Of a DNA stretch of 64,000 bases, positions 49,409-62,973 are shown piece by piece. Made by a program: the position numbers and the translations under genes. Location of the stretch: NCBI RefSeq assembly GCF_963676685.1, contig NC_092348.1, positions 55,118,001-55,182,000 on the forward strand. The letters are read 5' to 3'. The stretch comes from Mytilus edulis. Its lineage: Eukaryota. Under the pieces are notes generated by a model. The model was not told the origin of the DNA, did no database searches, and saw nothing but the letters and a program-made list of their open reading frames with translations. Each line of letters begins with the position of its first letter. The stretch's first letter is position 1.

Positions 49409-52400
49409 AGTACATACTTTAATTGTACAGCCTTATTTTCAATTGTTTTTGATTATTTTACCATTATTTTTGTAACTCAAGCTTTTATATACTAATTGAG
49501 AATGGTATGCATTGTATTTATACCTAATCTAATGAAAAGTATACTGGGTAATATTTTTTTACCAGATATAACATGGATATTGAGTTCAGTTTTAAGATTT
49601 AGATTTGATTTTATATAAACTTTTTTTTTCTAAATTTGGCAATTCGGGAAGTGACCTTTATATACTTCATACTTTTTCAATAAGATTTGCATGTGATTGA
49701 AAAAAAGACTAATTAGAATGTGTTTTATTCAGTATTTTTGTAAAAGTGAGACATAATGATCCTTCATTCAGTCATTGGCTGCTTTAAAATCAACACATTT
49801 AGGACTTTTAGGTTCAATCTGTGGTTAATGTTTTTGAAGACAACAACAATTTTGTCAAAACCAAAACCAAAAATCAGATTTGTGTATAGTTATACAAATC
49901 CTTGTCAAAGCTGAAAGAAGTTACAAAATGTTGACGAATTTATTTTTTATCACAAGACCATATTTCACTGATGAAAGAACTTAATAGTTTGCAGTTTACA
50001 TTTTAAAGATGTATGTGTGGAGTTAAGTATTTTAGACATTAATTAGTTTGTAAACCATGATAGAATTTAAAAGAAATTTGGTAGAAGCTTTTTCATGACT
50101 TACACAAATCATGTCTGAATCTAAATTTTGTGATTTTTGATATTTTAGTACATGTATTTTAATACTGATAGATAGACTTCATAAATTGCAATTACTGTTT
50201 GGATGACGTATTTTTTTACATCAAGAACAATATTATGAAACTTGGTCAGAAGTTTCTTCAAGATCTAGTATACTTTTTTTTTCTTCCATACTGTATTTAC
50301 AAATGAATTTAGTTTTTTGCATGCAACATTACACCTTTACACTGACAGCATCGATTACAGGCAAGACACATGGTTCTGTTGAACTTGAGCCCTTTATGAA
50401 TTGTTTTAGAACCAATATTTGCAAGTTCATAATAGAGGTATCTAAAATTCTCAGCCTTAGATTTTATAACATTAAACTAAAGCAGTTTCTATTTTTACAA
50501 ATATTTAGAAAAACTTTATAAAGAAGAGAAAATTCTCAGCTTCTAATGTTTTGTTCTTGTAAAGTTAAAACTTGTCTTTGACAATCAGGTTGGTGATGTG
50601 AAACTTTATAAATTACTTGTACATGTATGTATATAAGTAAAGTTTCTGTCCAAATAAGACGTATATATGAGATTTATTCTAGTCATCAAATTTGCAATAA
50701 CATTTTCAACTCATTGGAATCATAAAAAATCATGTTTGTGTTATTCACGTTTAACCTCATCAAAGGTTTATCATAAATATGAAGACATCTTTTTATTTTG
50801 CTCAACTTTAAAAAGTTATCAATTGAATTAATTCTTGTCTGTGTTATTATAATTTTTCAAAAATGCTAATTTAAACCTAGTTCTCATTTGAATAATCCAA
50901 AGACTTTGTTAGTTATATCCGTCAGTTTCCCAGATACTATAAACAGAAGGTCATGGATGTTTGGTATATAGTAAACATGTAATTTTAAAGTGTAAATGAC
51001 TGTCTAGTAGGGTTCATATAACCATGATTGCATACTTCATTGGTCAATGTTATATTTTTGGGGTGTGGTAAATTTCTCATATGCTACAAGCATTAGGTTA
51101 TCTGACTTTCTTCTACCATCTTTATTTCGGCAATGTTTGCAAAAAATTGAAAAGTTACAAATATTTCAGAAAAATTACTATTATAAACTTTTTTCTGCAT
51201 GATCAAATTTCACTGCAATAATACCTAGAACAATTGTTCACAAACAGTCTGCCTAGAAAATATTACAAAATTATGAATTTACTGACCATCAAATTATATG
51301 GGGGATAACTTTTACCTACATGATCTACGCAACTAAATGCACTGACAGTGAATGCTTAAAATATTAATATCCTGTTTTGTACATCCTTGGCTTGAAAATT
51401 TTTGACTTTGAGCATTCTAGATGAAAATCAATCCAGAAAAACACTTCAGATGTAAAAAATATATTATAAAGTGTCATTTTCATTCATAGATTGTGCCTCA
51501 TATCATTCTTTTTTATAATTTGTAAAATGGCATTTGTGGCACTCATCATTTTGATATATATAAAATGTTGATATTTTGTTATGTTTGAATGTAGTGAACA
51601 AATTGAAGGGATATGGTTGTGTCAGGTCTACAGAATATACAATGTTTTCATTCACCTCTCAGATCTCAGAGTCTGTTCTTGACACAACCAAATCCAATTA
51701 TTGTGGCAAATAAATATAGTGAGAGACATTTTGTGCTTATTTTTTATTTCAATCATTAGTTGAACATGTAAACTTTGTAGATTTGGCATAGGTTTATATC
51801 AGCAATGTTTTGAACAAGTTCAAAAATCAGTGATGATCAATTATTTTTAAAGAGTTATGTCCCTTGCCAAACTAATTAGACTTATTAAAAGGGGATATAG
51901 TTACGATACTGTTGTCAGGTCATTAAAGATTGCATATTTTGGCTTTAACATTGATTCACTGATAGGGTCTTTGCATCGGAACTAAACACATTTATTTCTA
52001 AAAAAACAGTTGTTGGCATGACACGGGTTATGTTCTTCTCATATATTTTATGATAGTATGATACTAAACCCCTAACGGGAGGGATTGTACCTGATATTCA
52101 TATGATGAAGACATAATCTTTCAATCAGTTTAATAGAGGTCTGGAGCTGGCATGTCAGTTAACTGCTAGTAGTCTGTTGTTATTTATGTATTATTGTCAT
52201 TTTATTTATTTTCTTTTGTTACATCTTTTGACATCAGACTCGGACTTCTCTTGAACTGAATTTTAATGTGCGTATTGTTATTCTTTTACTTTTCTACATT
52301 GGCTAGAGGTATAGGGGGAGGGTTGAGATCTCATAAACATGTTTAACCCCGCCGCAATTTTGCGCCTGTCCCAAGTCAGGAGCCTCTGGCCTTTGTTAGT

Positions 52401-53869
52401 CTTGTATGATTTTAAATTTTAGTTTTTTGTGTATAATTCGGAGTTTAGTATGACGTCCATTATCACTGTACTATTATGCATATTTTAGGGGCCATCTGAA
52501 GGACACCTACGGGTGCGGGAATTCTCGCTACATTGAAGACCCATTGGTTGCCTTCGGCTGTTGTTTGCTCTGTGGTCGGGTGGTTGTCGCTTTGACATAT
52601 TCACCATTTCCTTTCTCAATTTTATTAATTACATGTATATGGAAAATTGAATTGTTAAAGCTCTCATGTGTACAATTCTTGCTAGATTTTTATCAAACTA
52701 ATATTGTAGCTGATTATATCAGCAATATCTTGAACGAGTTTAAAAATAGTTATTGCCCTTGATACTTGGATAGATAAATTATGTCAAAGGCGTGGGACAT
52801 TGGAACTCTGTTCATTTATTGAAGCAAGAAAAATATAAGGGTTTTACAAATTTTCCTTCAGTTTCATGTAGGATTGTTGAGAAATTTTGCTGAATTTACA
52901 ACCGTTTATCAGGAAATTGATAAAACACAATTATGGAATGAAACTATTTATATATTTATTAACCTATGAAGTTCAGTATTGAATTCTAATACCTGCTTCT
53001 ATAGAAGTTTAATAACCACTCCAATCCATCACTACATCAGTCATTCCAATGCAAAAGTTGTGTTATTCCAAACAGTTTCCTAAATAGTATTCAAATTTTG
53101 CTCAATGATTAAATAAATATTGAAGATGTATTTATGCTATTGTGGGAAATCAAATTTCTTCAGGTTTAACAAGCAGTGAAAATATACCATGGAAAACAAA
53201 TCTATTGATAAAAGATCAACAATTTTAAAGCAGCTTGTGATTCTAGTCTGTTATTTATCAATTTTCTGTAATCTGTAATTTCATGAGAAATTTAATTTAA
53301 CAGAACATGTGTTATATAAAAACACTAAAGATTGAGAACATGAACCCCACCAAATCTTGTTTTCTTGCTATTTGCTGATTTTCAGTAATTTCCTTTTGAA
53401 TTATCTCCCCTCAATAATAAAGGATAAACTTTAGTGGGGCAACAGCAAATTGGATAAACGAAAGTGTGGATGGGGGCTAACAAAATAGAGAATAATGGGC
53501 ACAAAATATAAAGAATAGTGAACAACTAGGTGCTAAATTGTAAAGAGTAGAAATTTCAAAATATTGGCCTAAAAAATATAGAATACAGAAATGAATGACC
53601 TCCCATCCAGATCCTCATCAAAAATCTGTTTGAATGTTTACAATGGTTATTTTAAAACTTTGATATGATGAGCACAAACTTAAATTCTTTTACGAAATAA
53701 TGCCAATATCTAATGAATAAATAAAAATATAAAGCTATTTTTTTATAATTCAAGATGCTAAAGGAAATTATGATCAAATTAATGAAATCAATATAAAAAT
53801 AAGATGTGGTGTAATTGCCAATGAGACAACTCTCCCTCAGAGACCAAATTACATAGACATTTACTACTA

Positions 53870-54634
53870 GGGAGAGATCCGTTTGCGCCAAAAATGCGTC
53901 CTTTTGCGCCACAACTTTTTTTCTCAAATGCTATGTTTGCGCCACATGTTTTAAAATTACATGGTATCATTTGCGCCAAAAATAAAACATACGATTGCGC
54001 CAATTACAAGTAAAAATGACTTTCCTCCTTCTTTAATCGGACTTGGAATCGGCAGTTTACACGGCAAATGTTTCCTTTTCTGAAACATATTTTCTTCTGA
54101 CTGCTGCTGCATGGTTACTTCCCAATTTAATGTATTTAGTAGCTTGTAACTTCACTTTATTGTCAAAAAACACAAACATTGAAGGTTGAAATGCATAAAA
54201 CAGTTCATAATAATTCCTAATGATAACAAAGCCCATATGCATGGTGGGAACAAAGCACTGTGTCATCAACATATATGGCTAAAACATAATCAGCAAAATA
54301 ACGCTTCATTTTTCTTCTCTTTTGGCATATCTTTATCAAATATTCAGCAAAGCAATACGTTTTATTCTCTCTCTGTACATTGACTGTCTAATGAATTTTA
54401 AGTCATTTATCTCCAGATTGTCATCTTCATGGTGAAATATCTCCTAACATATGTTACTTTTAAGACAAAAATAACAATAAATATATTTTAACATTAACAT
54501 TATGATAGATATGTGTACAGGTAAATTGGCGCAAATGAGTTCCGAATATTGGCGCAATTGACACATTTGGAAAATAAAATTTGGCGCAAATGATACCCCT
54601 GAAAAACAGTAATTGGCGCAAAAGGACTGCTGCC
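53870..54634. mobile_element. GG..CC TIR element (Mutator-like) with 8-bp TSD, inserted in a short interspersed repeat
   Basis: TSD TACTACTA (53862-53869, 54635-54642) and inverted clusters of ttgcgcca / tggcgcaa. The host repeat resumes after the second TSD. Confidence 0.8.
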
Positions 54635-57600
54635 TACTACTATAGGTCACATTAAAGCCTTCAACAATGAGCAAAACCCATACAGCATAGTCTGCTATAA
54701 AAGGCCCTGAAATGACAAATGTATTTAAACAAGAAAACAATGAACAAAATACTAATATGATATACAGCAATAAATGACAATATGTATTGATTTTCTTAAC
54801 CACAAGGATATAGATATGTCCTTAATTATAAATAAATAATTATATGTCAAAACATGTCCTAAAAAATAAGTAACAATAGAAGATAATCCTTCAATTAATG
54901 AGCTTAAAAAAAACTGTTTTATCATTACAAAAATTTCTGATTTTTATGCTGTAGTGAAGAAAAATTATTAACTCTGACTGCAAAAACTGAACAAGTTCCT
55001 TTGTATGTGTCTATATAATATTTATAATATTTATACATAGATACCAATTTTGCTTTTAATACAAGGGTAGATGATAGAGCACTGTTGGTCTATTGACAAG
55101 TTTGAAGGTCATGTTTGCACACATTTTAATATAATAGAAGATAAAAATTATAAAGCATATGTTTAATATCTTGAAAACCACAATAGATAGAAAATCTACA
55201 TAAAAAATGCTGAGAAAGTCCAGATCTAACTTTTCCCTATATCTGTCAAAATGGTCTAATGGATCCTTACTCCTAGATGACAAATTTTCCAGTATTTGTC
55301 TTTTATCTCAAAAACGCTCATAGATAGGAAGAAACTGCAAACAGCAAAGAAAGAGGCAGAAGATACGGAAAAGGAATATTCAAAAAGTAAAAAAACAGCT
55401 GACAATGCTATGGTGAAAAAGCAAAAAATGATGAAAAAGACCACAGTACACAAAACACAACATAGAAAACTAAAGACTGAGCAACACGAACCCAGGGTAA
55501 GCAATTTATCATTGCTCCTATTGTGGTAACCGTTGTGTTACTCCTGCATGTACTTACAAACCCAGTAATAAATCTAATTCGGTAGGACACATTCACAGAA
55601 AAGAATTCGAAGAAAAGAGGCCAAAATACTTGCCAGTTACATTAATTGATCACAAATAGAATATTTCTGCTGGTCATCTTTAAAAATAGATATTCCTTAT
55701 GCATCAACCAACTGGTGATGGTGTCTAAAAGTTCGAAGGGGTGATTTCAACATCACCACTCGAAACCCTTGGTTCATTGGATTCCTTGTAAGCAACAACC
55801 CTCTTTAAACAGTGTTAAAGGAAATGCAAACCCTGGAATATCGTATCATTTAGGAGATATATATTCTATATGTAGGCACTGCTGGAATGTTGCTTCCTTG
55901 CAATAATTTCTAGATGCAATTCAAGGTAGAAGGTAAACTTGACTGTATCTGTTATATCCTCGATTTCAAATTTGATGGGTTTATAGATACGTTTAATCTA
56001 GTCCCCAAACTGAATTATTGAGTGAGAGGAAACCATCTACATACTAGTATATATGTATAAGCAAAAAAAGGTGAATTTACAGGATACTGCAATTTTCTTT
56101 TCATTCGTCCTTAAAAAGCCCAGTCTCTTATAAATCAAGAGGCAAGTCTACAAGATCATGAGCCCGATTGATTCCCATGGAAAAGTCTTGTTTTTTTAAA
56201 AAACGCGTCCTTTAAACGTAACAAATATGTTACCTATCAAGAAATCAAGTATCTTGATGTAGTCACTTTCAAAGATTTTCTTTTATCTCAGTTATATTTA
56301 AAAAGTACGACCTAAATGTATCCTTCAAAAGACAAAATACTTGTATCTACTTTGTCCTTTTTTATGAAACAAAACAGGGTCAATTCTTTCAATATGATTG
56401 CTGATACAATTAGAAAGACTTTTGAGGTTTCGTGAACGCCTGGCATTTGGAAAATAATTAATAGTGTTTCAGATGATAGGAAAACCTAGAATATCAGCCA
56501 AACGTTTAATTTAAAGTCAAAAGTTTAAACCGGCTCCTATAAGAAGTCCGCATCCAATAGTTTGAGTACCAATCACATTTTTTTATATTTCAATTTTAGA
56601 TATATGAAATATATTTTAAAAATAAACAAAAAGTCCCCAGTAATTCAGTCGACTGCTGTGCTTGGGGAATTTGATAGATTCACGTTATATTTTCTCAATT
56701 GTAATACTGTCAGATTGTAAAATATAAAGTTTGCAAATAATTTACTATATGAGGGCTATATACGTAACAAAGAAAAATTACCAAAAATTTAGAATGCTGG
56801 TATTTATTCACATATTATATCTTAAAAAAGCTGAATGATATTCAAAATTTCGATGTTAAGTAACTTTTTTTTTCTATCAAGTTAGCCATGCAAAAACTTT
56901 GAAAACAGGAAAAGTGATCAGCGATACAAGAACACCGGCGTGATAAAAAACAAAACGGTTATACAGCCAAAACTGTTTGAGGAATCCTTACAGGAATGTT
57001 AGCCATTTAATAGTGAATTATGAATTATTCGTATATTGTTTTATTATCTGGAAAACTATAATTGAAGAAACTGTAAACAGCCAAAAAAAAAATCTCACCA
57101 ATACAAGAACTACAGTGAATAATGACCTTAATTATTCTTCACTGACTTCATGATAAGCAAAGTATTACTTTTTGTTCAGAAATTAATATAAATTTCAACC
57201 AATGATTAGAATGTTAAAAAAAAATAGTTTTTATACCAGGGGAGGACACTGAAAAACAATAGAAGACGAAACTGATAAAAGAAGCATATGCTATACGTTT
57301 GACTATAATTTTTCTAACATTCACATCAACTTGCAAGAATATTCATCATGTTGAATGTTGGCGGTATTTGGAAGAAGAAAGAAGAAGAAGATTCTGATCT
57401 TTGATTGATAGGTTGTCTCATTTGCAGATTTGCAAAAATACCAAAATCTCCTTAGCTTTATAATTATAATTTAGATGACTCTGTGTCTTACAACACATTG
57501 TGTTTAAAAGAAGAAAAAAGTTTAATAATATACAGCAAAACATTATAGGTGAAAATTTAAATATGTTTGGCTATGCACTGTAAATGTAATATAATGGTAA

Positions 57601-58389
57601 TATGATTTTAATATGACCCAAACGATTGGATGACACCTTATCTGTCCTTACTGAATTGCAATTTTTGGCTAAATATCATTTGTTTGCCCTTTTTCTTGAA
57701 AACTATTAATGTTAATTAGAATCTGTACAGAAAAATGAACAGCGATACCATACAGGTAGAATAGCTGAAGACTGGTAGGTCAGGAACATACTATTAACTG
57801 TTAAATCCTATGTCTGAAAAGGAATTAAAATCTATTTGTATGTATATTGAAGAAGCTCTTGATTTGAGAGACCACCATACCGTTTCACCAGATAATAATC
57901 TTTTGCATTAGTTTGTGCATATGCATATATATATATATATAAATCTTATATTGTGTGTTTTAAGTAAATATATGAAAATCTAGAATAATACTGAAATATA
58001 AGTTTATGGTATCAATATCAGTTTATAATGTATTTGTATACATAGAATTGGCTCATGACTTGTTACATGAATCTTTATTTCATTTATGTGTTGTTTTAAT
58101 ATTATAATTGTCTGTATTTGGATCACGCCTCTATTGTGCTCTTTCCAATAAAATATTGAATTGAATTGTTAGATATACTGTTCCCAGAGTAGGTCTATAG
58201 TATACACATTCTTGGTCGCAAGTTTATGTTTGTTTGATATTGGATTTTTTCTATTTTTTTGTTTGTTTTTGTTGTTGTGAAACGCCAAGGATATGTATAG
58301 CACTAAACAAAATATCTTGTCACATAATATGTTGTGAAACCTTGAATGTATGTACCATGTATACAGTGCTTTCAAGTACTTTGATCCGA

Positions 58390-58554
58390 TACTGATAACC
58401 GGAAAGTTACGAAGTTACTCGATGAACAAGGTTCGTTTCATTGGTTATCGTTGACGTCATGTTTAGACAGATCACATGATCAAAACAGCAAAACGTCAAC
58501 ATCAACAAACCTCAATCGTAAACAAACCAGTGACCCAGTGACAGCTGAAACGAA
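58390..58554 (+). promoter_or_regulatory. Putative CYHR1/ZFTRAF1 proximal promoter
   Basis: ETS-like CCGGAA (near 58399), ATTGG CCAAT box (near 58440), perfect CRE TGACGTCA (58452-58459) and E/M-box TCACATGA (58472-58479), all within 160 bp of the ATG. Confidence 0.6.
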
Positions 58555-58755
58555 ATGTCTGACATACCAGGACCATCAGCCCTTGCTATAATGGATGAAA
58601 ATTCCAACAAGGAAAACATGGACATATTTTATGAACCTGAGAAGAAGAAAGTCAAAGTAGAGGAGAAAGAAAAAGAAAAAAATGCCCTCGAAAATCGCCT
58701 TTCCGGAATCTTGTGTTGCGCAGTTTGCTTGGACCTGCCCAAAACCTGTTACCAG
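58555..58755 (+). CDS. ZFTRAF1: CYHR1/ZFTRAF1 (RING and TRAF-type zinc finger protein), exon 1
   Basis: LENRLSGILCCAVCLDLPKTCYQ matches CYHR1 LEERLYSVLCCTVCLDLPK. Donor CAG|gtatgc, phase 0. Confidence 0.93.
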
Positions 58756-59414
58756 GTATGCATTTTTTGTTTCATTCGAATTATCTATTTTCATCTGAAT
58801 TTGCTAATTTTGGTTTCGAGTATATTAATCACCTCAATAAATATGTATTTCACTGATCGGATATTGCATCATAGCCATATATGGTCATGTCTGCCAACAA
58901 ATATGCAGAAAAATTTACTTGGAACGGAACTTTTATACCTTAGCAACAATATGGCATGAAACAGAAATTCTGATTTATTGAAATATAAATGTGGCGCGTA
59001 CGAATGCAATAGAATATGAGAGAATCAGCTCAGGGATTTGCCCAAACACATCTGTCAAAACCAGCTGTGACCTTCATGTTGACCCAAATTATCTCTGACA
59101 TTGACGGATAGCATGATCACATGATCAACATAATCAGTTGTCCACTTGGCAAACTGCCACCTCATTTAATATGCATATGTATCACATATGGTTTCCCATA
59201 ATATGAATGAAATATCATGGGAGCAAATCCATATGTAATTCATCGATGCATGAAGTTCACCCTCATAACATGACAGCAAAGTCAAGATAACACAAGATAC
59301 TACTGATATACACATGAAATATTACATACATGTACATAATTTGATAAATGTTCCCAGGTGTACATTTTGTACATGTATATCTGTGTGTTAAAAGTTATCA
59401 GGTACATAATTAAA

Positions 59415-59599
59415 GAGGGGTCTGGTGGGGTGGTGTCTAATCACGATTCACCAGTTGATTTTTTTGTCAATCACAATTCACAGGAAAACAAATTTCAATG
59501 ATCACGGATCACCAATTATAAATTTTTTTTTGTAGAAAAACGTATCACGATAGCGTAAATGTGCCAATCACAAAGAATGAAAACCCATCAGGCCCTCTC
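59415..59599. mobile_element. GAG..CTC MITE with 6-bp TSD ATTAAA
   Basis: TIRs gaggggtctggtggg / cccatcaggccctctc, with internal aatcac repeats. Confidence 0.7.
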
Positions 59600-60290
59600 A
59601 TTAAAAACATAGTAAAATTATATGTTTTTAATGACTTGCTAACTTTTTGTGTTCATGCAGGTTAGAAAAAAAATACCTTCCAAAAGATATAAGACATCAG
59701 ATTCAGTGGCCGATCCAGGAATTTTCATAAGTAGTTGCCAACTGACTGCCGTAGAGGGGGCACGCTCGAGTCATACTTCAGTAATTCTCTATACTGTATA
59801 AACAACCATTTTTTACAGAAAAGGGGGGCGAGGGCTGAGATTGATTCAAAAACAAATCTCTTAAATATTGGTACATTGCAATAGGAGGGTGATCATGGGG
59901 ATACCTTCATGAATAATAACGGTATTAAGTTTAACAATAATTTTTGGTGCAGGACAATAAAATGTACGCTTTGTTTTAGCAAAAAAATAGTCTATTTAAG
60001 ACAAATCACATTTAGTTTTATTCAAATATATCAGTAATGATAATTATTTGAGACCTCTGATGAATCACAATATATATATTTTGACAAATCACTGTAAAAT
60101 TTAAACCAATTTGACACTAAAGGTACCCAAAAAAGACTGTTTGAAACATGAGGGTAAAGGGCATTCCTACCATCACGTACATGTAGGTTGTACATTTCTA
60201 CCAACCAGTCGGCACTTCATTGTTTATTGCATTGGTTGTTTGTTTCACATTATCAGCTATAGTGTTTTCCATTAACATATAACATGTACA

Positions 60291-60893
60291 TTTTTAGCTC
60301 ACCTGGCCCGAAGGGCTTAAAAATAGAACATACATGTAGGGGTAAAATGTAGATTTTGGCTTATAACTCTGAAACCAAAGCATTTAGAGCAAATCTGACG
60401 TGGGTAAAATTGTTTATCAGGTAAAGATCTATCTGCCCTGAAATTTTCATATGAATCTGACAACCGGTTGTTGGGTTGCTGCCCCTGAATTGTCAATTTT
60501 AAGGAAATTATACCGTTTTTTGGCTAAAATCTTGAATATAATTATAGATAGAGATAAACTGCAAACAACAATAATGTTCAGCAAAGTAAGATCCACAAAT
60601 AAGTCAACATGACCAAAAAGGTCAGTAGACCCTGAGTTATTGCCCTTCATAGTCAATTTTTAATAATTTTGTAAATTTTGTAAATTTTAACAAAATTTTT
60701 TTCCTCTGTAACTAATGGGCCAAGTTCATTATTAATTGAGATAATTGTAAGAAGCAAGAATGTTCAGTTAAGTAAGATCTACAAACACATCACCATCACC
60801 AAAACACAATTTTATCATGAATCCATCTGTTTCCTTTGTTTAATATGCACATAGACCAAGGTGAGCGACACAGGCTCTTAAGAGCCTCTAGTT
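60291..60893 (-). mobile_element. Family B-related HINE-like element in reverse orientation, internally deleted, in ZFTRAF1 intron 1
   Basis: Ends tttttagctcacctgg and ggtgagcgacacaggctcttaagagcctctagtt. The interior is the reverse complement of the 501-bp core. Confidence 0.75.
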
Positions 60894-61029
60894 GTAAATC
60901 AGAGAAGTTTTATCTTAATAAGTTGTCCATTTATCAAGTTGTTTAAAATCAAGAGATTTTTCATGCATTAATGATTTAATTTATTACTATTTATAGCCAT
61001 AAATTGCATAAAGAATTATCTTATTTTAG

Positions 61030-61268
61030 TGTACCAATGGTCATTTGATGTGTGCTGGCTGTATCAATCACGTACTCGCTGATTCAAGACTCAAAGATGA
61101 GACAGCAACCTGTCCCAACTGCAGATGTGAAATCAGCAAAAACCTTTGTTCCAGAAACCTGGCTGTGGAGAAAGCAGTGTCAGAACTGCCAACAGAATGC
61201 CAGTACTGCTACTGCCATCTACCACGTAACCAGGTTGATTATCATGAACGAGAATTGTGTGAGGAGAG
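61030..61268 (+). CDS. ZFTRAF1: CYHR1/ZFTRAF1 exon 2
   Basis: Bounded by tttag and gtaaga. [11 protein letters not shown]...[27 protein letters not shown] is nearly identical to CYHR1. Confidence 0.97.
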
Positions 61269-62761
61269 GTAAGACGATGCATCGTCATCGTTAACTTAAT
61301 TAAGTTTATTAGTTAAGATACTATCACTTGCTCAAGGAGCAAGCACGCGCATGGATGCTGGATCATCCGTACGGGTGCTTCTCCGCTTTGTATTTATACT
61401 TGTTAATAATTGGAAACACACTTTTATCTTTTGTTCCTGACCAGGATTAAATGGAGACCCTCTGCCTATCATGTGACATGGACGTGCCAGATGTTTGTCA
61501 ACAGATCAACTTAAAATTAGGCGGCAAGTATTTTAAACATCTTTCAAAGATGAAATAACGGCAGCAACAAGCATGCTTTGGAATCGAAATGTCAACCCGG
61601 AGTTCTATTTTATTTTTCTTTCTTTTTTTATCAAAGTTTAAGATTTTGTTAGGAAAAGTATATACTTCACATGCCTGCATACATGCATCCGTTAATAGTA
61701 TATTTTGGTTAAAGTAAAATACATTTAGAGGTTTTCGAATGAAAATAAGTTTTTGTGCTGAACCAAAAATGTCAAGTGCTTAATTTCGATAAAATTTGAA
61801 TACTCCTAAAAATTTCATTTGGAAATTAGTAGATATACATGTAGCACAAATTTACTAAGGAGATTCAGGAGAATGAAACCGAAAGAGTGAAAAGGATTGT
61901 AATTTGACTCACCAGTATTATTTCCATATCAAAATTAAGTAATTCAATATAGCGGTAATATATAGTTTGTATTACGACTGATCTCTACCCAGCTGAATTA
62001 AAAAAGTTCATTGTTAATTAAATAAAAAGTCAATAAAACACACACAAACACACATTTAAGCTTTTTAAACTTTTTAAATGATTGCTTCTCAATGATAATT
62101 TAAAACTAAATTGCAATGTATATTCTCATATGTTGATTGCCTTGTTTATTTTTTCTAGTACTTTATTAATTTATCTTTCTTTTTTTTTAAATAACTTTTT
62201 CAATGTACAATTGTACCTTTATTGTCAGTATTGTGAAAATATAGGACTCCTGACATTGATTTTGTAAAAATAAATTGTGAAAAGTGGATGTGGATATCAC
62301 AGCAGACGACAGTTCATGGTGGATTTGACAATTCATAAAAGTTTGGAACTATGTGCAAAACTTTGTTATCTGATGGAATAACAATGGAAATTTTATGAAA
62401 TGTGGATGTATAGAGATACTGAGTGAATTAAAAAAAAGAGGATTAATGACAATGGATTACTCTTAATTACTTTCAGAAATATCAGCAGATAAACAGTGGA
62501 TTACAGAGATTTTAACATTTATATTTTATTTCTTACACTGTATAAATGGGAACATTTTGCTTTCAAAATTGGAGCCTACAAAAAAGAACGGAATTTCAAA
62601 AATTTTCCCATTTATTTTTGTTGTGGCATATGGCTAATTAACTTGCTTTGTAGCTTTCAAAGAAGAAGAAGGCAGGTAAGTGACCCCTTGACCTTTCAGG
62701 CAATCTCTGATATCTTATCATATATTTATTATTAGAATGTGTTTTGTTTTTCTATATTCAG

Positions 62762-62973
62762 GCCTTCTTTATGCAAGTATTCCCGCATTGGTTGCTGTTG
62801 GTGTGGACCATTTCACGAACTGGCTGAGCATGAGATTAGCTGTGGACATCTCATGAAGCCAGGAGCAGAAATAATGGAATCTCTGGCAGAGGTGGACAAG
62901 TACAATGAGACCCAACTCAAATTGTATAAAGACATTGTCTCACTTTTTTCATGTGAAAAAGTTACTTTTAATG
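62762..62973 (+). CDS. ZFTRAF1: CYHR1/ZFTRAF1 exon 3; the gene continues beyond the window
   Basis: Bounded by ttcag and gtaagt, phase 2-1. Contains CKYSRIGC.W.GPFHEL..HE..C.H. Confidence 0.95.

Noticed and set aside
51405-51452. Hammerhead-ribozyme-like remnant (ttctagatgaa...ccagaaa)
   Set aside because: The core CTGATGA is broken and the stems do not pair convincingly; at most a decayed repeat.
55256-55596. Lys-rich and hydrophobic ORFs near 55.3 kb
   Set aside because: A-rich interspersed repeat sequence with no splice or homology support.
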